34,540 nt of DNA from a virus (taxonomy: Duplodnaviria; Caudoviricetes), in the IMG/VR virus record IMGVR_UViG_3300005612_000017, positions 1 through 34,540 of that record; one strand, written 5' to 3'. Under the pieces are notes generated by a model that made no database searches, was not told the origin of the DNA, and saw only the letters and a list, made by a program, of their open reading frames with translations. Position 1 is the first letter of the stretch. The number at the start of each line of letters is the position of its first letter. This document shows, one piece after another, positions 27,676-34,304 of the stretch. Made by a program: the position numbers and the translations under genes.

Positions 27676-28986
27676 ATGACCGCATACGAAGCAATGGTCG
27701 AATTAGAGCGCAAGCGAGCGGAGCTTGATCACGCCCGCCGCGCACAGACGCCTGGCGCTCCGGAGTACGCGACTGGGGCAATCAACGAGCTTTGGCCCAC
27801 GCCTGCGCATTTTGTCTCCCAGCTTGGCATTCCCGGAGCGTCAGATGTTGCCGAGTACCAGGCGGCGCGTAGCGAGGGCCTAGGTGTTCTGCCTGCGCTG
27901 GGACTTGCCGCGCTACCCTTTGGTATCGGCTACGGCGTGAAGGGCGCTCTGAAGGCCGCAGAGCCCATGCTACGTGGTGGGCCTGAGCTTCCGGGCATCA
28001 ATCCGGAGATGGCCGCGTTACAAGCTGCACTGGGCGGCGATCCTGCCACGCAGACCAGCGCGCTGATGGGGGTGAAGCGCATACCTAAGCTATATCACAG
28101 CGCCCGTGGTGGGCCTGAAGCTATCGAGAGCATTAAGGAGAAAGGATTCACACGCGGGGTGAGTGCTGAAATAAAAACGCCTGGGACATCCTTATCTGAA
28201 GATCCCTACATGAGCGTTAAGTATTTTGCCCCCGGCTCTGCGGACCAGTTTTTTCCCGCAGACACACGTTCACACGAGGACCGCTATTCCACGGTAGCCG
28301 TCGAGCCGAAGGGGTTGCGGGCGCAGGATGTACACAACCTACCGCCGTCTGCCTATTTATCAGGCGACCTACCGAAAGACCCACAAGCTTTCTACCGCAA
28401 GCCAGGGGCTTTCTACCATGAGGCTGAGACATTCGCCCGCCGCGAGCCCGGAACGCTGGAGCACACGCCGCCGCCGCCGCCTGATGTTAGCGTTCGTGAC
28501 TTAACTGCGGAAGAATGGGCCAGGGTGAAAGGGACACAGCGTGCCAACCGACAGTTTGAAGGCGGCGCCAATAGCATCTTTGCTGCGGCGGCTGAGCTTC
28601 GCAGATTCGGCAATCTTCCGGGCAAGGCGGTAGTTGTTGATATGGCCGAGGGGCTAAGAAAGCTTCGCGGCGATAAGGCGACTTTTTCCCGAGCTATGGA
28701 TAGAGTCGCCGCTGGTCTTCGCTCCCTTGATATTTATGGCGATGACCCAGGGCAAGCGATACTACATCAAGTCTATGGTAAGACGAAAACCAGGACGATG
28801 CGAGCGGCAGCTTTCAAAATGGGAACCCTCATGGAGGCGATGAATAGCCGGGGTCTCGCTCCCGACGCGGTCGACAACAGCTACCGTCAATATATCGGCT
28901 TCCGTAACTACCTTTATGATGAGCTGCAAGCGGGGGCTGCTACAGGACGGAAGCCAAAGATGGTTGCGCCAGGGCGCTTGCCGTAA
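27676..28986 (+). CDS. Last virion-module protein with putative ADP-ribosyltransferase-like domain
   Basis: KLYH...SIKEKGF...GTSLSEDP..S..Y...YHEAETF; N-terminal hydrophobic segment. Confidence 0.5.
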   Translation: MTAYEAMVELERKRAELDHARRAQTPGAPEYATGAINELWPTPAHFVSQLGIPGASDVAEYQAARSEGLGVLPALGLAALPFGIGYGVKGALKAAEPMLRGGPELPGINPEMAALQAALGGDPATQTSALMGVKRIPKLYHSARGGPEAIESIKEKGFTRGVSAEIKTPGTSLSEDPYMSVKYFAPGSADQFFPADTRSHEDRYSTVAVEPKGLRAQDVHNLPPSAYLSGDLPKDPQAFYRKPGAFYHEAETFARREPGTLEHTPPPPPDVSVRDLTAEEWARVKGTQRANRQFEGGANSIFAAAAELRRFGNLPGKAVVVDMAEGLRKLRGDKATFSRAMDRVAAGLRSLDIYGDDPGQAILHQVYGKTKTRTMRAAAFKMGTLMEAMNSRGLAPDAVDNSYRQYIGFRNYLYDELQAGAATGRKPKMVAPGRLP

Positions 28987-28987
28987 C

Positions 28988-29040
28988 AAGCCTTCCCAGG
29001 ATGGGCGGGGAGCCAATAACGGCTCCCCCTGGGAAGGCTT
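28988..29040. terminator. Large nested hairpin between the convergent late and early units
   Basis: aagccttcccagg/cctgggaaggctt (13-bp inverted repeat) enclosing ggggagcc-aataac-ggctcccc. Confidence 0.7.
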
Positions 29041-29311
29041 AGTAGTTCTGGTTCCTGATAGCCCGAATCAACTCCCGATGCCGGCGTTCGGTATCCTTCC
29101 GGTTCCGCTCAATCTGGTTCCGTTCGCGGGCTTGGGCTTGGTCTTGCTCGACAAGATGTCCGAGGGAGAACTGGTTGCGCTGTTGTGGGCTGATACCACC
29201 AGCCCAATTAGCGTCATAGCCAGACCCGTAATAAACCGGTGCCGCCACGGACGGCAGTGATGCGAACGCGGCGATCAGCGCGGCGATAACAAGTGCTTTG
29301 TTTGTCTTCAT
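29039..29311 (-). CDS. Exported small protein with signal peptide
   Basis: MKTNKALVIAALIAAFASLPSVAA; gagga RBS. Confidence 0.7.
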   Translation of the reverse strand: MKTNKALVIAALIAAFASLPSVAAPVYYGSGYDANWAGGISPQQRNQFSLGHLVEQDQAQARERNQIERNRKDTERRHRELIRAIRNQNY

Positions 29312-29342
29312 GGTCTAATCCTCTAGTCAGGGTTGTTGGTGT

Positions 29343-29486
29343 TTAGCAGTTTTCCTGCAGGTGGCAGGTGTCGCACCCGTAGCGCGTGCGCTCCTTTGGC
29401 CCGAGTAGACGCTGGCTTCCGAAGCACGAGTAGACTTTCGTGGTCTTCGGCCACAGACGCTCAAGCAGGCTCTTTATCAGCTTCAT
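29343..29486 (-). CDS. 47-aa Cys-rich protein
   Basis: My translation: MKLIKSLLERLWPKTTKVYSCFGSQRLLGPKERTRYGCDTCHLQENC; ATGA overlap with the upstream gene. Confidence 0.55.
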   Translation of the reverse strand: MKLIKSLLERLWPKTTKVYSCFGSQRLLGPKERTRYGCDTCHLQENC

Positions 29487-29710
29487 GACAGCGCCGCCAC
29501 TGCGCCGACCAGTAAGTAGATCGGGGCAAAGAGCACTGCGCAGATTGTCGCTACCGTCGCCGTCGCACAGAGCGCCCCACAGGGCTGTGATGCCTTCCGC
29601 GGCTTCTCCAGGTAGTCCAGTGGCGGGCGGCTCCGAAGCTTGGCGGTGACGGTTGGGCGGAGCCTGGTGCCGTTGCCATGGAGGATTCGTGATTTTGTAT
29701 AGTCAGTCAT
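29483..29710 (-). CDS. Small membrane protein
   Basis: Hydrophobic C-terminus ATICAVLFAPIYLLVGAVAALS; overlaps neighbours. Confidence 0.55.
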   Translation of the reverse strand: MTDYTKSRILHGNGTRLRPTVTAKLRSRPPLDYLEKPRKASQPCGALCATATVATICAVLFAPIYLLVGAVAALS

Positions 29711-29924
29711 GATTATTTTCTTGGTCCTCTCTATGGAATCGGCATTGGTATGTTCCGAGCGGCAGCTTTCGCAGGACGGCCAGGAGCTTCTTCAGCATTT
29801 CCGCCTCCTCGTTGGAGATCCATGCGCGAAAATCCGTTTTTCCTGCCGCGCGCTGGCGTTTCTTGAATTCCCTTTGACGCTGCGCCCCGTCCTTGGGGCT
29901 GGTGTTGTCTGCTTTCATACCCAT
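29703..29924 (-). CDS. Small DNA-binding protein (RHH-like), candidate Aca regulator
   Basis: AQRQREFKKRQRAAG..DFRAWIS.EE..ML; directly downstream of acr-like genes. Confidence 0.55.
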   Translation of the reverse strand: MGMKADNTSPKDGAQRQREFKKRQRAAGKTDFRAWISNEEAEMLKKLLAVLRKLPLGTYQCRFHREDQENNHD

Positions 29925-29955
29925 TGTGTTATTGACTCCGGTTTGATGGCTTCCC

Positions 29956-30153
29956 TCACCGATCTGTCCATTTGTCGTCTTCTTTTACGCTCAGAACTGC
30001 CCCGTTCTCCGCCTCAATTTTCAGAACCGTCCTCCGGAACATCTGGTTCCGAGATGCGGCGCGTTTTGCCGCACTAAGGTTTTTGGCTTCGATGGACTGT
30101 CCGTCTCGGTGGCTTCGTGCGCTCGGTATTTCGCGGATAATGTAGGTTGACAT
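29956..30153 (-). CDS. acrIF9: Anti-CRISPR AcrIF9 homolog
   Basis: Colinear with AcrIF9 as I recall it: YII.E....S.R.G..IEA..LS.AKR.AS..Q.F..TV..IE..NG..L..KED..W. Confidence 0.85.
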   Translation of the reverse strand: MSTYIIREIPSARSHRDGQSIEAKNLSAAKRAASRNQMFRRTVLKIEAENGAVLSVKEDDKWTDR

Positions 30154-30183
30154 CGCGTCGCTGCTCCGGTTGGTTACTTGCGT

Positions 30184-30213
30184 TGCGCCCCGTCCTTGGG
30201 GCTTTTTGTTTTT
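30184..30213 (+). terminator. Antisense-oriented terminator-like hairpin; its 20-bp core is repeated at 29881-29900
   Basis: tgc-gcccc-gtcctt-ggggc-tttttgttttt. Confidence 0.5.
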
Positions 30214-30219
30214 CCTAAT

Positions 30220-30489
30220 TTATGCCGCTGCTGTTTTTGCCATGTTGTAGAGCGGGTGGCATGGGAGCAATCGGACGGTATCGCTTTCAAAGTAGTCCGT
30301 CATGATGTCGCTTCCATTTTCCACTTTCAGCGCGTTAACCATCTCGGCGGGGAATGCGCTCTTTTTGGGCTGGATTTTGATCAATTCGGGGTTGACACCT
30401 TCAATCCATGGCCCTGTCATGACCCGGATTCCGCAGCGCTTTTTGTTGATTGTCAAAGTTGCCCTTTGGCCTTTTCCGCTGATCTTCAT
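30220..30489 (-). CDS. Uncharacterised 89-aa protein, candidate anti-defence protein
   Basis: Lies between two acr homologs with a near-identical leader; motif VENGSDIMTDYFESD.V...P.HPLY. Confidence 0.75.
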   Translation of the reverse strand: MKISGKGQRATLTINKKRCGIRVMTGPWIEGVNPELIKIQPKKSAFPAEMVNALKVENGSDIMTDYFESDTVRLLPCHPLYNMAKTAAA

Positions 30490-30523
30490 TTGGTTTGCTC
30501 CGGTTGGTGTTTCTCTTAACTTG
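30487..30523 (-). repeat. 37-bp leader repeat, copy B
   Basis: caagttaagagaaacaccaaccggagcaaaccaaatg; 35/37 identical to 30762-30798. Confidence 0.9.
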
Positions 30524-30764
30524 CGCGCATTTCATCTGTTACGGCGACCACATTATTTACCGCGATCCATTCGTGGTCCCCTTCTGTCAGGGGTGCGCCG
30601 TCGCAATCCAGAAAACTGGACTCCCCGCCGGATTCTGCGACTCCGTAAACATCCGAGGCGAATTGGTAGCTGGTCCCGTCATCTTCTCCGTTCAGCTCAA
30701 ACCAGTATGTGGTACTCTCGTTTGCCCAATTATTGTCTTTGCTCATATAGGTTGCGGTGGTCAT
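30516..30764 (-). CDS. acrIF18: Anti-CRISPR AcrIF18-like acidic protein
   Basis: Y.SKD.NW....TTYWF..NGE...GV...G...DCDGAP...T..M.A matches AcrIF18 as I recall it; very acidic. Confidence 0.7.
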   Translation of the reverse strand: MTTATYMSKDNNWANESTTYWFELNGEDDGTSYQFASDVYGVAESGGESSFLDCDGAPLTEGDHEWIAVNNVVAVTDEMRAS

Positions 30765-30798
30765 CTGGCTTGCTCCGGTTGGTGTTTCTCTTAACTTG
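30762..30798 (-). repeat. 37-bp leader repeat, copy A (predicted transcription start to ATG)
   Basis: caagttaagagaaacaccaaccggagcaagccagatg. Confidence 0.9.
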
Positions 30799-30804
30799 GA
30801 TACT

Positions 30805-30832
30805 ATTATACAGTGTTACGCGTAACAGTCAA
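30805..30832 (-). promoter_or_regulatory. Near-consensus sigma70 promoter of the acr operon
   Basis: TTGACT-16 nt-TATAAT on the minus strand. Confidence 0.8.
30814..30827. promoter_or_regulatory. Perfect 14-bp palindromic operator in the promoter spacer
   Basis: TGTTACGCGTAACA. Confidence 0.75.
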
Positions 30833-30835
30833 GCT

Positions 30836-31027
30836 TTATCTTGCCTCCAAGCTCCGGTTGTTCCACAAGTCCATTGCCATTGCTAGCGTGATTTCCACTT
30901 GCCGATTATCTTTCGGTTGCGGCGAGGGGCCAAAAACCCCGCATTGCAGGCATTCTGCATACGGCTCGATTCGGTTCGGTTCGCGTAGCCGATTACTGGC
31001 GCAAAACGGGCAAGGTTTGAGTTTCAT
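30836..31027 (-). CDS. Lar-family restriction alleviation protein
   Basis: LKPCPFCA...CLQCG...AMDLWNNR. Confidence 0.8.
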   Translation of the reverse strand: MKLKPCPFCASNRLREPNRIEPYAECLQCGVFGPSPQPKDNRQVEITLAMAMDLWNNRSLEAR

Positions 31028-31029
31028 TG

Positions 31030-32064
31030 CTAGCTTGCCATCGCCACCATTTCCCTCAGCTCCTTCGTCTGATCGTCCGGCAGGGCTGCTTCGGCGATCA
31101 AGTCGCTAAGCACGCCTAACGCCTCCTCGTCGGCGGCTGCGCGGATTTCATCGGCGAATTCAGCGAAGGACTTAGGCTCTGGCGTAGATGCCACCGACTC
31201 CGGCTCGATGACTTCCTCGTGGCTCCCCCGGCGCTTGCGGAATCTACCCGCTTGGGTGACGGACGGTCGGTCGTTTTCATAGCTCCAGCCGTGCTGCTGA
31301 GCGTCGAATTCAGAGCCGTCAACATCGCGCCAGGTCTCGGAATGTCCGCTCCCATTCCATCTGGGCCACTCGCTATTCTCTTTGGCGTCCTCCGCCGGCT
31401 CCTGCGCGTCTTGCTCATGGGAGGGTCGGCTGTCCGCCTCTCCGAGGGCCTTGGCCTTGGTCATGATCGAGGCCGCGCCCCGGGAGGGTGCTTCCTGCTC
31501 GATGACGGTGGCATTTTCATAGATAAAATGGGCGTCATCCTCGTCGCTGATACCCGAGAACCCAAAGGCGTAGCGGATTCCTTCCTTCGCAGTCTTGTGG
31601 CGTAGCATTCTCCTGGTGTGCTGCTTCCACGGCTCGGTGGCTCGGAAGCACTCTTCTAGATATTCCGTGATCACAATCGGGTGTGATCGGTCTTTGCGAT
31701 AGATTGTGCAGGTGCACGACTCAAGCTTTCCGTCCGAGTCGTTACCGTACTCGAAACTCATTCCATCAAATTCCGGGCGTCTTTGGGCGAGATTCAGAAA
31801 GCCGTCGATTCCGACCGTGGGGGTAATGCCACCACCTCGTCCAGGAAAGGCGTGGATCTCCCGAGTAATCGGGTTCAACTGGTATTGCTCCGCTACCATC
31901 AGGAATGCGGCGAGTTGTTCATTAGTCGACTTCCCGCCGGGCATCACAGTCGCCTTGATGGTATCGGCAAAGGCTGTGGGTTCCATGTCGAAACGATTGG
32001 CCATCTTCGCCAGCAGGGACTTTTTTGCCGGGACTTGCTGTAAATCTTTGACTTCGTTACTCAT
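31030..32064 (-). CDS. bet: Single-strand annealing recombinase (lambda Bet/RecT family)
   Basis: FLMVAEQYQLNPITREIHAFP, VGIDGF, CTIYRKDRSHP, PWKQHTRRMLRHK, AFGFSGI.DEDDA. Confidence 0.9.
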   Translation of the reverse strand: MSNEVKDLQQVPAKKSLLAKMANRFDMEPTAFADTIKATVMPGGKSTNEQLAAFLMVAEQYQLNPITREIHAFPGRGGGITPTVGIDGFLNLAQRRPEFDGMSFEYGNDSDGKLESCTCTIYRKDRSHPIVITEYLEECFRATEPWKQHTRRMLRHKTAKEGIRYAFGFSGISDEDDAHFIYENATVIEQEAPSRGAASIMTKAKALGEADSRPSHEQDAQEPAEDAKENSEWPRWNGSGHSETWRDVDGSEFDAQQHGWSYENDRPSVTQAGRFRKRRGSHEEVIEPESVASTPEPKSFAEFADEIRAAADEEALGVLSDLIAEAALPDDQTKELREMVAMAS

Positions 32065-32251
32065 CGTCTTGATTCCTCGTTGTGGTTGGATTGCCGCGCG
32101 CTTTGATCAGTGTGGCCCATTGCTCCTGGCACCGGTGGCAGGTCACATTGTCGATCACGGACGTCAATCGAAGCCCTGCGTCGGCGCGGTCGTGCTCGCC
32201 GCAGAGGGTGATTGTTCCTGAGCCGCTCGGACTGAGCAAGTGCACTACCAT
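32057..32251 (-). CDS. Small Cys/His metal-binding protein
   Basis: H...TLCG...VTCHRC; aggag RBS. Confidence 0.65.
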   Translation of the reverse strand: MVVHLLSPSGSGTITLCGEHDRADAGLRLTSVIDNVTCHRCQEQWATLIKARGNPTTTRNQDDE

Positions 32252-32263
32252 TTTCGTCTCCTA

Positions 32264-32451
32264 CAGGTCTTGAAAGAGATGGCGGTTACTTTTACCGCCA
32301 AGCCAGCTCGCCACACATTTCTGCGGTATCTCCGCGCCAGCCCAGTTGTCCGTACAAGGAAACTGCGGCAGCGTTACCTGACTACCAGGCCACCCGTTCA
32401 CTCAGGGGCGAGCGCCCCACGCCAGTTCTTGAAATAGGTACTTGCTGGCTT
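32264..32451 (-). ncRNA. Candidate multi-hairpin RNA/attenuator in a 280-bp intergenic region
   Basis: Outer helix AAGCCAGC/GCTGGCTT, four inner hairpins, then hairpin TGGCGGT/ACCGCCA plus TCTCTTT. Confidence 0.45.
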
Positions 32452-32498
32452 TCTTCGCTTCCTCGGTCATGCACATTCTCTGACAGCGACATAGTACG

Positions 32499-32526
32499 AT
32501 ATTACCGCAATCCGGCAGGAATGCAA
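32499..32526 (-). promoter_or_regulatory. Possible sigma70 promoter
   Basis: TTGCAT-16 nt-TAATAT. Confidence 0.35.
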
Positions 32527-32532
32527 GTAATT

Positions 32533-33048
32533 TTATACCAGATCCTTACCATGATTCGGATGAAATGAGTATTTCAGATTAGCGGCCTTGCGGGCGGCGA
32601 TGGCGTCTTCGATGTCGGCAAAGCAGCCTAGGTGGAGGAGCTTCCCATGGACTTGAATACTAGCCTGCCATTTTTTGCGGCGCTTAACCCAGTAAACTCC
32701 TGTATAACCGCTTGAATTGTCACGGCGCTTCGGGCAGTTCTGGTTCTGGGTAGTGTCGTCTATGCCGTCACGCAGGTTGGCCCAAGAATTATTCGTTTTA
32801 TCGTGGTCGACGTGGTCAACTTCTTGTTCCGGCCAGCGACCCAGCACCCAAAAAAAAACTAATCGGTGAGCTTTGCAGCGGTGGTTGTCGATACAGATCC
32901 TGATATAGTCGCCGCCTTTGTTGCAACCAGCGACCGAACCCACGCGAGCATGACCTCGATTTACTTTCCAGGTAAAAATTCCGGTTTCCGGATCATAGTC
33001 CAGCAGTTCTCTGACGCGGGAGGCTGTGATAGGATGTGAATCAGACAT
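32533..33048 (-). CDS. HNH homing endonuclease with AP2 domain
   Basis: LDYDPETGIFTW, AHRL, VDHVDHDKTNN..ANLR, NSSGYTGV, WQASI..HLGCF...A.AARKAA. Confidence 0.92.
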   Translation of the reverse strand: MSDSHPITASRVRELLDYDPETGIFTWKVNRGHARVGSVAGCNKGGDYIRICIDNHRCKAHRLVFFWVLGRWPEQEVDHVDHDKTNNSWANLRDGIDDTTQNQNCPKRRDNSSGYTGVYWVKRRKKWQASIQVHGKLLHLGCFADIEDAIAARKAANLKYSFHPNHGKDLV

Positions 33049-33052
33049 GACA

Positions 33053-33898
33053 CTATACCGCCCACCGAGGGAGGCTTAGCGGTTCAATGACATAACAACC
33101 CTCATTCCAATCGTAGCCGTACCCCGGCCAGATCCCCGCCGCTTCGCACTTTGCCCAGATGCTCAATGCGTGTCTGATCGCCACCTCGCCCTTCTGTAGG
33201 TCGTGCTGCGACAGCTCATAGAACGCTGAATCATAAGGCGGTGAGCTTTCCACCACGGCGTGCACAAAGGCTGGCGGTGGCTTCCCGGTAATCAGGGAAT
33301 GCAGGTGCGCATACAGCCACGCCTGGAGATGATAGGAATACCTAGCCGCCGACTTGGCGAATTCAGCCGGCGCAGCTGAAGCGGCAGTTTTTAGATCGAC
33401 AATGACGTTTTGCCCGTCAGGCAGCCAGTCGGCGCGTCCACGGCATAGAACCCCACTGACCGGGTCCACCGCCATCATGGTGACCTCCGCCCTGCCCGCA
33501 CCGAAGATGGCCTCTCCGATTCTTCCCTTACCCGTAAGCACGCTGTCTCTCATGGCTTGCGCTGCGTCATAATCGGCCTGAGAGCAAATCAGCTTCCCAG
33601 CGTTCTCTTTCTCCCACTCGGCGAATGCCGCCTTTCCTGCCTTGGTCCGCCGGTTGATTTTTTCGGGTTCCACGGCGACGTGGTCATCGACAAGTTCGGG
33701 CTGTAAGACAAGCAGGTGTACCAGCGAGCCTAGCGCTTTCGCCGCGCTAGGCTCGTTCTGCGCTTCCCGCATATGCTTGGGGCTGGTCTGCAGAAGCGCC
33801 TTTAGCGCCGTGGACGAAGCCCCCGGCAGCTCAAAATACTGGGCTTCCGGGACTCCCTCTACGAAGCACGGTGTGCGCTGGTCACTGATGATGTTCAT
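33053..33898 (-). CDS. RecE/ExoVIII-like PD-(D/E)XK exonuclease (DUF3799)
   Basis: SSTALK, LGSLVHLLVLQP, CRGRADW, IVDLKT, YHLQAWLY, IWPGY; start at ATG 33898. Confidence 0.9.
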   Translation of the reverse strand: MNIISDQRTPCFVEGVPEAQYFELPGASSTALKALLQTSPKHMREAQNEPSAAKALGSLVHLLVLQPELVDDHVAVEPEKINRRTKAGKAAFAEWEKENAGKLICSQADYDAAQAMRDSVLTGKGRIGEAIFGAGRAEVTMMAVDPVSGVLCRGRADWLPDGQNVIVDLKTAASAAPAEFAKSAARYSYHLQAWLYAHLHSLITGKPPPAFVHAVVESSPPYDSAFYELSQHDLQKGEVAIRHALSIWAKCEAAGIWPGYGYDWNEGCYVIEPLSLPRWAV

Positions 33899-34062
33899 GA
33901 CAGCAGCGCGTTTAAAACAGCTAGGACCCAGAAGGTCCCGCAACCCAGGACGATAGTTAGAGCCAGATAAAACAGAGAGCCTATAAACTCTGCCAGCCCA
34001 CTAATCGGGGGTCTTGGGTGCATCCCAGTCGCCTGGTAATCTCTAATTATTGCTTTGCTCAT
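33895..34062 (-). CDS. 55-aa membrane protein
   Basis: My translation: MSKAIIRDYQATGMHPRPPISGLAEFIGSLFYLALTIVLGCGTFWVLAVLNALLS; ATGA overlaps at both ends. Confidence 0.6.
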   Translation of the reverse strand: MSKAIIRDYQATGMHPRPPISGLAEFIGSLFYLALTIVLGCGTFWVLAVLNALLS

Positions 34063-34304
34063 GACGGATCAGCCTCCTCATATTTGACGATGCAGTAGAT
34101 CGCGAGGCTGTAAGCGTCGGATAGCTGGCGCAGCGCCTTCCGGGCCTCGGCAGGGCGCAGATCGTCCGTGCGGCTAAAGAGTTCTGCTACGGTGCAGCTA
34201 AGCATGAGTTCCTCCTGCTCGTCGCATGCCATCTCCAGGCGCTGATGTTCATCCACCTCGCGCTGATACTCGGCGAGTCCGGGGTGATCTGGTAATTTAT
34301 TCAT
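34059..34304 (-). CDS. Hypothetical 81-aa protein
   Basis: MNKLPDHPGLAEY...; gagg RBS; the Ala/Thr extension in the ORF track is an off-frame reading of the repeat. Confidence 0.6.
   Translation of the reverse strand: MNKLPDHPGLAEYQREVDEHQRLEMACDEQEELMLSCTVAELFSRTDDLRPAEARKALRQLSDAYSLAIYCIVKYEEADPS

Noticed and set aside
4043-28625. Numerous minus-strand ORFs across the structural region (e.g. 4043-4594, 14441-15037, 25046-25690)
   Set aside because: Antisense shadows of well-supported genes in GC-rich DNA, with no recognisable motifs.
30181-30213. Hairpin as an RNA anti-CRISPR (solitary I-C-like repeat)
   Set aside because: GTTGCGCCCC...GGGGC resembles a I-C repeat start, but it is antisense to the operon, lacks the ATTGAAAC end and is explained as a copy of the aca sequence.
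30151-30798. Leader repeats as a CRISPR array
   Set aside because: Only two good copies, 275 bp apart, each containing an RBS and separated by a whole gene; no cas genes.
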